A DNA stretch of 64,000 nt from the NCBI GenBank assembly GCA_947584805.1, contig CANPWU010000002.1:10421-74420 (forward strand), read 5' to 3'. Positions within the stretch are counted from its first letter, which is position 1, and every line of letters begins with the position of its first letter. Origin of the DNA: an uncultured Clostridia bacterium (GTDB lineage: Bacteria; Bacillota; Clostridia; TANB77; CAG-508). Shown in pieces: positions 21,929-32,182 of the stretch. The translations under genes were made by a program, and so were the position numbers. The notes below the pieces were generated by a model. It searched no databases. It was given only the letters and a program-made list of their open reading frames with translations, and was not told the origin of the DNA.

Positions 21929-23158
21929 ATGGAATATTTATATATATTACAACAAGCAATAATTTGGGTAATAACATTATTTTGGCTATATCAGTTGTTA
22001 ATTAGTATATGTTCTTTTGTAAAGCTTAAAGATAAACCAATGCTTATAAATAAAAATCATAGATTTATGGCTATAATTCCTGCTCATAATGAGGAATCTG
22101 TTATAAGTAATTTGATTGAAAGTTTGAAAAAACAAGATTATCCGAAAGAATTATTAGATATATATGTTATAGCTGATAATTGTACGGATAGAACTAAATT
22201 AATTGCTGAAAATGCAGGAGCAATAGTTTATGAGAGAAATGATCCAGAAGGAAGAACAAAGGGTCATGCACTTCAATGGTTTTTAAATAAAAAAATAGAA
22301 GAAAATGCAGATTATGATGCTTTTTGTGTATTTGATAGTGATAATATAGTAGATAAAAATTTCATTAAAAATATGAATAAAAAACTATGCCAAGGAGAAG
22401 AAGTAGTTCAAGGATATAGAGACATTAAAAACCCTACTGATAGTTGGATTTCTTCTGGATATGCAATATTTTATTGGATGATGAATAGATTTTATCATTT
22501 AGCAAGATATAATCTTGGCTTATCTCCATTAATAAATGGAACAGGCTTTATGGTTAAGTTTGATATAATTAAACCAAAAGGATGGGAAACTTATACTTTA
22601 ACAGAAGATATAGAGTTTTCACTTCAAAGAATAATTGCTGGTAAAAAATTGGGATGGGCAACAGATGCAATAGTATATGATGAACAACCAGTAGGATTTA
22701 AGCAAAGTTGGTCACAACGTTCAAGATGGACTGTAGGACACATACAATGTATGGAAAGATATACTAAGGAATTAGCAAATTCAGTTAAAGAGAAGAAAAC
22801 ATTAGTAACATTAGATGGATTTTTATATATTGTAGGAAGCATTCCAATGTTTATAATTACAATGATTTTATTAGTAGTAAATGCAGCTTTATATATGGGA
22901 GATGTATTTACAAAATCGGCTCTTATTGAAAGCTATATAATGTATTTAGCACCAACATTTATTTTGCCAATATTTACAGCAGTAATTATAATGTTATTAG
23001 ATAGAAGGCCAATAAAACCAATGATAAAAGGACTTCTTTTATATCCATTATTTTTAGGAAGTTGGCTTTTGATAAATTTTAAATGTTTATTCAAGAGAGA
23101 TACTAATTGGGAAAAGATAGAACACGTTAGAGATATAAAAATAAACGAAGTAATATAA
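21929..23158 (+). CDS. membrane-bound family-2 glycosyltransferase (processive, QxxRW type)
   Basis: 409 aa with the IPAHNEE...DNCTDRT...FDSDN...QRSRWTVG motif series and flanking TM helices. Confidence 0.8.
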   Translation: MEYLYILQQAIIWVITLFWLYQLLISICSFVKLKDKPMLINKNHRFMAIIPAHNEESVISNLIESLKKQDYPKELLDIYVIADNCTDRTKLIAENAGAIVYERNDPEGRTKGHALQWFLNKKIEENADYDAFCVFDSDNIVDKNFIKNMNKKLCQGEEVVQGYRDIKNPTDSWISSGYAIFYWMMNRFYHLARYNLGLSPLINGTGFMVKFDIIKPKGWETYTLTEDIEFSLQRIIAGKKLGWATDAIVYDEQPVGFKQSWSQRSRWTVGHIQCMERYTKELANSVKEKKTLVTLDGFLYIVGSIPMFIITMILLVVNAALYMGDVFTKSALIESYIMYLAPTFILPIFTAVIIMLLDRRPIKPMIKGLLLYPLFLGSWLLINFKCLFKRDTNWEKIEHVRDIKINEVI

Positions 23159-23182
23159 ACTTTTGTTTCGATTTACAAAAAT

Positions 23183-23212
23183 AAAGCGTGTAATAAAAAT
23201 TACACGCTTTAC
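23183..23212 (+). terminator. intrinsic terminator
   Basis: AAAGCGTGTAAT-aaaa-ATTACACGCTTT. Confidence 0.65.
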
Positions 23213-23220
23213 ATTTAAAA

Positions 23221-24745
23221 ATGGAGGGATTTTGCATGAAAAAATCAAACAGCACAGCTCATATAGTATTAATAATTCTTGGAATTATTTTTATAAGTTT
23301 AAGTGCATTTCACACTGGACTATGGTTTGATGAAAGTTATTCAGTAGCTATAGCAAAACATAGCTTTTCAGAAATATGGACAATAACAGGAGGAGATGTT
23401 CATCCACCAGTTTATTATTGGCTTATACATATTGTTTATCTAATATTTGGAAATAATGTTTTAATGTTTAGATTATTTTCAGTTCTAGCAATTGCAATAC
23501 TCGGAATATTAGGTTATACACATATAAGAAAAGATTTTGGAGAAAAGACTCGGAATGTTTTTCTCGTTCTTTGCATTTTTCTTACCACTAATGCCTGCAT
23601 ATAGCACAGAGATTAGAATGTATGGCTGGGCATTGCTCTTTGTAACTCTTGCAGGAATATATGGTTATAGATTTTATAAAAATATAAAAGACAAAAATTT
23701 AGATGGAAGAAGAAAAAATTTAGTATTATTTGGAATTTTTAGCATATTATCATGTTACACACATTATTATGCAACAGCTACTGTAGCTGTAATGAATTTA
23801 TTATTATTAATTTCAGCATTTAAGAATAAAAGTAGTAATAAAAAGGCTTTCAAAGGAGTTTTATTACTTGATATACTTCAAATATTACTATTTATTCCAT
23901 GGCTTGGAAATTTGTTTGGACAAATAAATCATGTAAAAGCAGGATTCTGGATAGGAGATCAAGTTGTTGGTTTTCCTTTCGATTTACTAGGTTTGCAATT
24001 TAGAAGATATATAAATGAACACTTTAATTTTACATTCGGAGTAATTGCAGCAGCAGTTATAGGACTTATATATTATATATATTTATTTGGCAAAATACGT
24101 AATCTTAAAAGAGAAAATGGTGATATTAAAGCCGCTTCTTTATGCTTTAAAATATATGTCGGCATAATACTTATGATGGCTGTATTTTCACTAATTATAT
24201 GGGAACCTGTTTTATACACAAGATATTTTGTTATACTAACAGGATTATGGATACTTGGAAGTAGCATTGTACTTAGCAATGAGAAAAACAAAAGAAATGT
24301 TTTAGTAATTGTTTTAGTTACAGTAATTCTTTCTTGTATTGCTAATGTTCAAAATATAAATATGAATATGAGCTCTACAAATAAAGAAATGGTTAGTTAT
24401 TTACAAGAAAATGTAAAAGAAGATGATATTATAATTTATTCAAATATAGGAAACGGTGGAGTAGTATGTGCGTTATTCCCAAATAATAAACAATATTTTG
24501 TAAATTTAGCAGGTTGGGAAGATATAGAAGATGCATATAAGGCATATGGACCTGGAATGGAGACTGTTTCAGATTTTAGTTTCCTTGATGGATTTACAGG
24601 TAGAATTTGGGTAATTGATTCAGAAGCAAAGGACTTTTATGAAGCAATACCAAAAGAAAATGTAGTACTCTTGAGAGATGCAAGAACATTTTATACACCT
24701 TATCATGGATATGTATATAATATATCATTAATCGAAAAATATTAA
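23221..24745 (+). CDS. ArnT/PMT_2-like (GT39/GT83-type) membrane glycosyltransferase; one CGGN event
   Basis: ORFs 23221..23604 and 23537..24745 join at CGGA (23551) to give KDFGEKT-G-MFFSFFAFFLPLMPAYSTEIRMYGW. Polytopic membrane protein. The start may be the ATG at 23236. Confidence 0.65.
23551..23554 (+). other. CGGA recoding site (Gly) in glycosyltransferase gene
   Basis: AAG ACT CGGA ATG TTT = K T G M F. Confidence 0.75.
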
Positions 24746-24756
24746 TCAAAAAATTA

Positions 24757-24802
24757 AACTTTGCCTTATGCATTATCCAAAATTAAGGCAAAGTTATTTT
24801 TA
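24757..24802 (+). terminator. intrinsic terminator
   Basis: AACTTTGCCTT...AAGGCAAAGTT followed by ATTTTT. Confidence 0.65.
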
Positions 24803-24935
24803 TCTAATAGGAAATTTCTCCGAAATTTCTATTAGATAAAAATGGCTAAACGCAGCCTTTGAGATTTCCTCATTTTATTCGGAAACTCAAATCGGCAAGA
24901 ACAAAGAGCGCCGAGGCGCTTTGTTCTGTAAGAAA
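24803..24935 (+). other. series of three further hairpins (candidate structured leader or ncRNA)
   Basis: The hairpins are ATCTAATAG-G-AAATTTC-tcc-GAAATTT-CTATTAGAT; TTTGAGATTTCC...GGAAACTCAAA; and AGAACAAAGAGCGCC-ga-GGCGCTTTGTTCT. Confidence 0.35.
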
Positions 24936-24947
24936 GGTTAAAAAATT

Positions 24948-25793
24948 ATGTTAAATAAAATTATCGTTTATGGATTTGTAGGACCTTCTGGCACAGGAAA
25001 AAGTTATAGAGCACAATATGTAGCCAGTGAAAATAATATTAATTATATAATAGATGATGGTCTTTTTATAAAAGACAATGAGGTAATTGCAGGTTCTTCT
25101 GCAAAAAAAGCACCAACTAAAATAGAGACTGTAAAGCATGCACTTTTCCAAACAGATGAGGAAAAAAAGGAAATAAAAAATGCAATAAAAAAATATAAAC
25201 CTGAAAGTATAATGATACTCGGAACTTCTGATAGTATGGTTGAAAAAATTGCAGAGAATCTTGGATTACCTAAAATAACTAAAATAATTCATATTGATGA
25301 AATTGCAACAGAAGAAGAGATGGAAACTGCAAGAAGAATTCGTGTAACAGAAGGTAAACATGTTATACCAGTACCAACTTTTGAAATAAAGAAAGATTTT
25401 TCTGGCTATATTTTAGATCCGTTACAAATTTTTAAATCAAAAGGAATAGGAAAAGACCCTTATGTTACAGAAAAATCAATTATACGTCCAACGTTCAGTT
25501 ATATGGGAAACTTTACTATATCTGATTCTGTTTTTAGAGAAATTATAGAGTATTTAGTTTATAAAACGCCAGCAATACATAAACTTGCTAAAATGAGAAT
25601 TACAAAATATGAAGAAGGACCAAGTTTATATATAGAGGTAATTGTTGTATATGGTTATAATATTTTGGAATCTTTAAGCACGTTTAAGGAAAAATGTAAA
25701 AAAGAAATTGAAAATTTAACAGCTATGAATATAAATAATATAGAAATTGTTGCTAGAAGTATTTATATACCTGAAAAAGAAGGAGATAATTAA
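24948..25793 (+). CDS. P-loop NTPase with Asp23/Gls24-like C-terminal region (hypothetical)
   Basis: Walker A motif GPSGTGKS at the N-terminus. The C-terminal third resembles the alkaline-shock (Asp23) family (...YIEVIVVYGYNILESLSTFKEKCKKEIE...). Confidence 0.5.
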   Translation: MLNKIIVYGFVGPSGTGKSYRAQYVASENNINYIIDDGLFIKDNEVIAGSSAKKAPTKIETVKHALFQTDEEKKEIKNAIKKYKPESIMILGTSDSMVEKIAENLGLPKITKIIHIDEIATEEEMETARRIRVTEGKHVIPVPTFEIKKDFSGYILDPLQIFKSKGIGKDPYVTEKSIIRPTFSYMGNFTISDSVFREIIEYLVYKTPAIHKLAKMRITKYEEGPSLYIEVIVVYGYNILESLSTFKEKCKKEIENLTAMNINNIEIVARSIYIPEKEGDN

Positions 25794-25794
25794 T

Positions 25795-26478
25795 ATGTCA
25801 TTTGTTGTTGCAATAGATGGACCAGCAGGATGTGGAAAGGGAACAGTAACTAAAATTATAGCAGAAAAAACAGGACTTGTTAACATAGATACTGGCAGTA
25901 TGTATAGATGTGTTGCTTTGGAAGCATTAAGAAGAAATATTTCTTCAGAAAATGTAAAAGAACTAGAAAAAATGTTAGAAAATTTAGATATTAAACTTAT
26001 TAATAATAACGGAAATCAAAAAGTTTTACTAAATGGGGAAGATGTTTCAAAAGATATTAGAACCCCGGAGGTTGATTCTGTTGTTGCAAAATTTGCAGCA
26101 ATAAAGGCTGTTCGAGATAAATTAACTCCTATGCAAAGAAAAATAGGAGAAAAGACTGATTCCATAATGGAAGGTAGAGACATTGGAACAGTGGTATTTC
26201 CTAATGCAGATGTTAAAATATTCTTAGATTGTTCTTTAGAGGAAAGAGCAAGAAGAAGATATAAACAAAATCAAGAAAAAGGTATTAGTGAAAGCTATGA
26301 AGAAGTATTATCAAGTATTATAGAAAGACATAAGTTAGAAACAGAAAGAGAAATTGCCCCATTTGTTAAAGCAGAAGATGCCATTTTAGTAGATAGCACA
26401 AATATGACAATTGAAGAAGTAGTAAATACAATTTTACAAATAATAAAAGAAAAAAAGTTAAAAAATAGGATGGATTAA
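25795..26478 (+). CDS. cmk: cytidylate kinase
   Basis: MSFVVAIDGPAGCGKGTVTKIIAEKTGLVNIDTGSMYR... with an AAGGAG RBS. Confidence 0.92.
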   Translation: MSFVVAIDGPAGCGKGTVTKIIAEKTGLVNIDTGSMYRCVALEALRRNISSENVKELEKMLENLDIKLINNNGNQKVLLNGEDVSKDIRTPEVDSVVAKFAAIKAVRDKLTPMQRKIGEKTDSIMEGRDIGTVVFPNADVKIFLDCSLEERARRRYKQNQEKGISESYEEVLSSIIERHKLETEREIAPFVKAEDAILVDSTNMTIEEVVNTILQIIKEKKLKNRMD

Positions 26479-26479
26479 A

Positions 26480-27076
26480 ATGATTAGAGGATTTATAGTA
26501 TTTATTCTTAAAATAGTAACAGTTTTTTTATTTAGAGTAAAAGTTATTGGAAAAGAGAATATTGAAAAAGGCAAGGCATATTTAGTATGTCCAAATCATA
26601 TTAGCAATTGGGATCCTCCTACAATAGTAGCAGCATTAAAGAGAAATGATGTATATGTTTTAGCTAAAGAAGAGCTATTTATAAATAAATTTGTTAAATG
26701 GTTAGCTAAAAAAACGAAGGTACTTCCTGTAAAAAGAGGCAAACAAGATGTTGGACTTTTAAAAACAAGTGTAAAAGTTTTAAAAGAAAATCATATTGTG
26801 CTTTTATTCCCAGAAGGAACTAGAAATGGAATTTCAAAAAAAGGAAAATTACAAAATGGAGCAGTTTTAATGAGCCTTATGTCTGATGCCCAAATAATTC
26901 CAGTTGGAATTCAAGCCCCAAAATTGTATAAGCCTTTTTCAAAAGTTAAGATAAATATAGGAAAACCAATGGATTTTTCTGAATATAAAGATAAAAAAGG
27001 AGACAAAGAAGTATTGGATAATCTTAGTAATAAGCTAATGAATGAGATAATTCGTTTGACAAACGAAGAAATTTAG
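26480..27076 (+). CDS. plsC: 1-acyl-sn-glycerol-3-phosphate acyltransferase
   Basis: HxxxxD motif (NHISNWD) and FPEGTR motif. Confidence 0.82.
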   Translation: MIRGFIVFILKIVTVFLFRVKVIGKENIEKGKAYLVCPNHISNWDPPTIVAALKRNDVYVLAKEELFINKFVKWLAKKTKVLPVKRGKQDVGLLKTSVKVLKENHIVLLFPEGTRNGISKKGKLQNGAVLMSLMSDAQIIPVGIQAPKLYKPFSKVKINIGKPMDFSEYKDKKGDKEVLDNLSNKLMNEIIRLTNEEI

Positions 27077-27161
27077 TATATAATTAATATTTAGTGTGAA
27101 ATTTAATGACGTCCTTAAGCACAAAGCTGTGGACCAATTTATAAAAAGGAAGGGTACAAAA

Positions 27162-28986
27162 ATGAATAACAAAAATATCAGAAATATAGCAATAATTGCA
27201 CACGTTGACCACGGAAAGACAACGCTTGTTGACGAATTATTGAAACAAAGCCATGTATTTAGAGATAACGAACAAGTTGGCGAAAGAGTTATGGATTCTA
27301 ATGATCTAGAAAAAGAAAGAGGAATTACAATTCTTTCTAAAAATACTTCTGTAATGTATAATGGTGTAAAAATAAATATAGTAGATACACCTGGACATGC
27401 TGATTTTGGAGGAGAAGTTGAAAGAGTTTTAAAGACAGTTGATGGTGTTTTACTTTTAGTTGATGCTTTTGAAGGAACAATGCCTCAAACAAGAGAAGTT
27501 TTAAAGAAATCTTTAGCTTTAAATTTAAAGCCTATTGTTGTAATAAATAAAATAGATAGACCAGGTTCAAATCCAGAGAAAGTTGTAGATGAAGTATTAG
27601 AACTATTTATAGAACTTAATGCAAATGATGATCAATTGGATTTCCCAGTTGTTTATGCATCTGCAAAACAAGGAATTGCAAAGCTTAATATGAAAGATGA
27701 AGATGGCACTATGGATTGTTTATTTAAAACAATTATAGATACTATTAATCCACCAGATTGTGATGAAGACGGACCAACACAAATGCTAGTTTCTAATATT
27801 GATTATGACGATTATGTTGGAAGAATAGCTGTTGGTAGAGTTGAACGTGGAAGCGTTAAATCTGGAATGCAAGTTACTGTTTGCAAAAAAGATGGAAAAA
27901 CAGTAAATGGCAAAATTGCAAAAGTTTATACACACATGGGACTAGAAAAAGTAGAAGTAGAAGAAGCAAAAGCTGGAGATATTATAGAGTTTTCTGGAAT
28001 TGCTGATATTAATATTGGAGAAACAATATGTGATCCTGAACATGTTGAAAAAATCGATTTTGTAGACATAGATGAGCCAACAGTTACAATGACATTTAGT
28101 GTAAACAACGGACCATTTGCAGGAAGAGAAGGAGAATTTGTAACTTCAAGACATATCAGAGATAGATTATTTAAAGAACTAGAAAGAAATGTAAGCTTAA
28201 GAGTATCAGAAACTGCTACACCAGATGCTTTTGAAGTTGCTGGACGTCGGAGAATTACATTTATCAGTTCTTATTGAAACTATGAGAAGAGAGGGATTTG
28301 AACTTCTAGTTTCTCGTCCAAAGGTCATTATTAAAGAAATAAATGGCGTAAAATGTGAACCAATTGAAAGATTGGTTGTTAATGTTCCAGATGACTCAGT
28401 AGGAACAGTTATTGAAAAGCTTGGAAAAAGAAAAGCTGAAATGCTAAATATGGAACCTGCTGAACAAGGACATACAAAGATAGAATTTAAAATACCTGCA
28501 AGAGGATTAATTGGTTATCGTTCAGAATTTATGACAGACACTAAAGGTAATGGTACTATGAACCATATCTTTGACTCATATGAAGAATATAAAGGAGAAA
28601 TATCAGCAAGAAGTAGAGGAACAATTGTTGCTTTTGAAGCAGGAAAAGCTGTAACATATGGACTATTTAATGCACAAGACAAAGGGGATTTATTCATTGG
28701 ACCTGGAACAGAAGTATATGAAGGAATGATAGTTGGACTAAATTCAAGAGGAGAAGATTTAGCAATAAATGTATGCAAAGAGAAACATTTAACAAATACA
28801 AGAGCTTCTGGTTCAGATGATGCGCTTCATTTAGTTCCACCAATTCAAATGTCACTAGAAAAAGCAATTGAGTTTATTCAAGATGATGAATTAGTTGAAG
28901 TAACTCCTCAAAATATTCGTTTAAGAAAGAAAATATTGGATTCTAAAGAAAGAGAAAGAATGGCAAGAAGAACAGTAGCTGAATAA
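27162..28986 (+). CDS. typA: translational GTPase TypA/BipA; one CGGN event
   Basis: MNNKNIRNIAIIAHVDHGKTTLVD.... ORFs 27096..28277 and 28225..28986 join at CGGA (28248) to give [22 protein letters not shown]. Confidence 0.92.
28248..28251 (+). other. CGGA recoding site (Gly) in typA
   Basis: GGA CGT CGGA GAA TTA = G R G E L. Confidence 0.9.
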
Positions 28987-29033
28987 TTAAAAATATAGTA
29001 TTTATAGATCAAGGAATATGGGAGGCAATAATT

Positions 29034-29342
29034 ATGAAGTCTGCATATCAAAAAAGAAGAGAAGAATTTTTGGTTAGAACCCGTTATGTTAACGAGGCAT
29101 ATAGAGCGGCTGAAGCAAGACAAAGAACTACAAATAAACATTCAGAAGACTCTATAACGAGGCTAGAAATCCAAAGCACTATTAGAAATTTGTGTAGTTC
29201 AACTAAAAAAACAAGAAAAGAAATTTTAGAGATCTTGGATGAAAGATTTTCAGATAGTAAATATGATAACTATCATCAATTTTTTGAAACTTGGGTTTCT
29301 GATGTTTTAGCAAGATCGGGACGAGAAGAAAGTGAACGTTAA
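29034..29342 (+). CDS. small hypothetical protein
   Basis: 102-aa basic ORF with a GGGAGG RBS. Confidence 0.4.
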   Translation: MKSAYQKRREEFLVRTRYVNEAYRAAEARQRTTNKHSEDSITRLEIQSTIRNLCSSTKKTRKEILEILDERFSDSKYDNYHQFFETWVSDVLARSGREESER

Positions 29343-29344
29343 AT

Positions 29345-29942
29345 ATGAATAAAAAAATATTAGAAAAAATAAAAGAGGAAGCTCTAGAAGATCATATACC
29401 AATTATTATGGATGATACTTTGGAAACTTTAAATAAAATATTAGGAAATAACAAATATGATAATATTCTAGAGATTGGAACCGCAACTCGGATATTCTGC
29501 AATTTGTTTTTCAGAATTCTTAAGTGAAGATGGAAAAATTGACACAATAGAGAGAGACGAAGAAAGAATAAAGGCAGCAATACAAAACATTAAAGAAATT
29601 GGCTTAGAAGGTAAAATAAACGTTTTTAAAGGTGATGCAGTAGATCTACTACCTGAATTTGACGAGAATTATGATTTAATATTTATAGATGCAGCAAAAG
29701 GAAAGTATCCTTTCTTCTTGGAACAAGCATTAAGGCTTTCAAAAGTAGGAACCTTAATTATTGCAGATAATGTTTTGTATAAAGGATATGTCATGAGCGA
29801 TTATAATAAGCACAAACAAAGAACAGCAGTAAGAAATTTAAGAGAATATATAAAAATTGCTTTGGAAGATCCAAAGCTTGAAAGTAAAATTTTAGAAGTA
29901 GGCGACGGTCTTTGCGTAAGCGAAGTTATATCGAAAAGCTAA
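29345..29942 (+). CDS. class I SAM-dependent O-methyltransferase (YrrM/TrmR-like); one CGGN event
   Basis: ORFs 29345..29527 and 29475..29942 join at CGGA (29489) to give ILEIGTAT-G-YSAICFSE (SAM-binding motif I). It lies next to a U32 peptidase gene, as in the B. subtilis yrrM-yrrN-yrrO arrangement. Confidence 0.78.
29489..29492 (+). other. CGGA recoding site (Gly) in O-methyltransferase gene
   Basis: GCA ACT CGGA TAT TCT = A T G Y S. Confidence 0.88.
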
Positions 29943-30499
29943 AATATATTCAAATATTTAATTGAAGATGCGATTGTATCAACTATCACAAGTACAAAAA
30001 ATGTATTTGTGATTATTTTTTGTAATTTTAAAGGAGTAATACTTAAAATTTTTGCAACTATTTTAGATATTGCAGGATGTATAAATTTTATAAATATTAA
30101 ACTTCCGAATCCCCAAACAATGCTAAAGCTTAGAGTTATTCTTCCATTCAAATTTAAAAATTGTCCTGTGTAATCCCACCATCTGCATCCGAATAGAGCT
30201 TGTAAAAAGAAATCTGTTATGTATTCAAATACACTAAATATTATTGCTGATAAAAAGAGGAGCCTAATAGGCTTCTTTTTGTAATCATTAAAAAATGAAA
30301 TAAGAATTATAGCTGCATAGCCATATATAGGGCAAATTGGACCAAAGAGAAATCCTCTTTTTGTAAATTCATGTGTATATATAACGCAAAAAATTTCTTC
30401 ACATACCCATCCTATGAAAGCATATATTATGTAGAATATTAAAATTTTTTGAAATTTAGATAAATGTTTTACATTTTTTTTATTCATAGCATCCCCCAT
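29939..30499 (-). CDS. polytopic membrane protein (putative ABC-transporter type IV family-like)
   Basis: 186 aa with multiple TM helices and the segment FIGWVCEEIFCVIYT...GPICPIYG. Confidence 0.5.
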   Translation of the reverse strand: MGDAMNKKNVKHLSKFQKILIFYIIYAFIGWVCEEIFCVIYTHEFTKRGFLFGPICPIYGYAAIILISFFNDYKKKPIRLLFLSAIIFSVFEYITDFFLQALFGCRWWDYTGQFLNLNGRITLSFSIVWGFGSLIFIKFIHPAISKIVAKILSITPLKLQKIITNTFFVLVIVDTIASSIKYLNIF

Positions 30500-30604
30500 A
30501 TAGTTAGAATTTTATCAAAAAATAGAAAAAAAGTAAATAGATTTTTCTAAATTAGTCAGTGGTTACTGGATAATGGTTTTATTTAAAATATTATAAAGCC
30601 TACC

Positions 30605-30726
30605 TTTGAAAGTAATATATTTAATTTGACTTGCTCCTTACTGGCTTCGCCATTCGCCTAGGGTCATTTCCGTTCCGATGGAGCTTCCCTGCGCGTCGCT
30701 GCGTAAATTAAATATATTACTTTCAA
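30605..30726. repeat. 23-bp perfect inverted repeat enclosing a 76-nt GC-rich core
   Basis: TTTGAAAGTAATATATTTAATTT (30605-30627) is the exact reverse complement of AAATTAAATATATTACTTTCAAA (30704-30726). The core is about 58% G+C in a region below 30%. Confidence 0.7.
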
Positions 30727-30850
30727 ACGGCTAGATACTTCTTTTATATTTAAAATTATTACTATGCAGTGTTTACATAAAAAATGCAATTATATGTATT
30801 GAACTTTTAAGTAATTTGTAATATAATAATAAAAGGAAAAGGAGAAATTT

Positions 30851-32080
30851 ATGAAAAAACCAGAATTGCTTGCACCAGCAGGCTCATTTGAAAAAGCAAA
30901 AATTGCCTTCCTTTATGGAGCAGATGCAGTTTATTGTGGAACTGCTTCACTTTCCTTAAGAAGTAGGGCAGAAGTAGAAGATGATGATTTAGAAAAAACA
31001 ATAGTTTATGCACATGAAATAGGCAAAAAAGTATATGCCGCAATAAATATTTATGCACTAGACGAAAATTACGAAGAAATTAAAAAGCAAGCTAGAATGT
31101 TAAATAGAATAAAAGTGGATGGAATTATTTTATCAGATGGAGGAGTTCTAGAAACAATTAAAAAGGAAGCACCTGATACACCAATACATATAAGCACACA
31201 AGCAAATGTAGTAAGTTCTCATTCCGCTTCATTTTGGTATAACAATGGTGCTAAAAGAGTTATTTTAGCAAGAGAATTAAGTAAAGACCAGATAAAAGAA
31301 ATAATTAATAATACTCCAAAAGAGCTTGAAACAGAAATTTTTGTACATGGTGCATTATGCTTTGGATATTCAGGAAGATGTTTCTTAAGTGATTTTTTAG
31401 CATCTAGAAGTGCAAACCTAGGAGACTGTGCTCAAAGTTGTAGATGGGCATATAATGTTTATGCTGAAGAAAAGAATAATCCAGGAAATCTTATGCCTGT
31501 TGAATATGATGAAAAGGGAACATACATATTTTCTTCAAAAGATTTGTGCCTTTTAAAAGAAATACCTGAAATTATTGATATGGGTGTAGATAGCTTAAAA
31601 ATAGAGGGAAGATTAAAAACAGAGTATTATTTAGCAAGTGTTGTAAATGCATATAGAAATGCAATAGACGATTATATAAAATCACCTGAAAATTATGATT
31701 ATACTAAATATTTAGCTGAAATAGATAAGGTTAAAACAAGAAGCTTAACAGATTTTTATTTTAACGATAGAAACAATAAAGATTTTCAAGAGTATGAGGG
31801 AAAACAATATAATCCTAACTTTGAATTTGGAGGAAAAGTTGTAAAATATTCAGATGATAAATCTGTAATAGAGATAAAGAATAAACTATTTGTAGGGGAT
31901 GAATTAGAAATAATAATTCCTGGCAAAATAGATGTATATAGCTTTAAAATAGAAAAGTTATGGGATGCAGAAACAGATGAGGAAATAGAAACAGTTAGCC
32001 CTGGTAAAAAAGGACAACTCGTAAAACTACACCTTCCTATAAAATGTGAGGAAAATTGGATTATACGTAGAAAGAAATAA
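30851..32080 (+). CDS. peptidase U32 family protein (PrtC/TrhP-like)
   Basis: MKKPELLAPAGSFEKAKIAFLYGADAVYCG...E(I/V)FVHGALC... is typical U32. Confidence 0.85.
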   Translation: MKKPELLAPAGSFEKAKIAFLYGADAVYCGTASLSLRSRAEVEDDDLEKTIVYAHEIGKKVYAAINIYALDENYEEIKKQARMLNRIKVDGIILSDGGVLETIKKEAPDTPIHISTQANVVSSHSASFWYNNGAKRVILARELSKDQIKEIINNTPKELETEIFVHGALCFGYSGRCFLSDFLASRSANLGDCAQSCRWAYNVYAEEKNNPGNLMPVEYDEKGTYIFSSKDLCLLKEIPEIIDMGVDSLKIEGRLKTEYYLASVVNAYRNAIDDYIKSPENYDYTKYLAEIDKVKTRSLTDFYFNDRNNKDFQEYEGKQYNPNFEFGGKVVKYSDDKSVIEIKNKLFVGDELEIIIPGKIDVYSFKIEKLWDAETDEEIETVSPGKKGQLVKLHLPIKCEENWIIRRKK

Positions 32081-32131
32081 GCCACAATTATTGCAAATAA
32101 CTTATTTATTAATATAAAAAATCAGTAAAAA

Positions 32132-32163
32132 CACGTCAGGTTGTAAATATACAACCTGACGTG
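32132..32163. terminator. bidirectional hairpin terminator
   Basis: CACGTCAGGTTGT-aaatat-ACAACCTGACGTG. It is homologous to the hairpin at 54341-54373. Confidence 0.7.
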
Positions 32164-32182
32164 AAATGCTTAAGCCTTATCC

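Noticed and set aside
30628-30703. The 76-nt GC-rich core (tRNA-sized, containing TCCG twice) as a quadruplet-decoding tRNA.
   Set aside because: No 7-bp acceptor pairing exists between its ends on either strand. There is no GTTCRA T-loop and no D-arm consensus, so it is not a cloverleaf.
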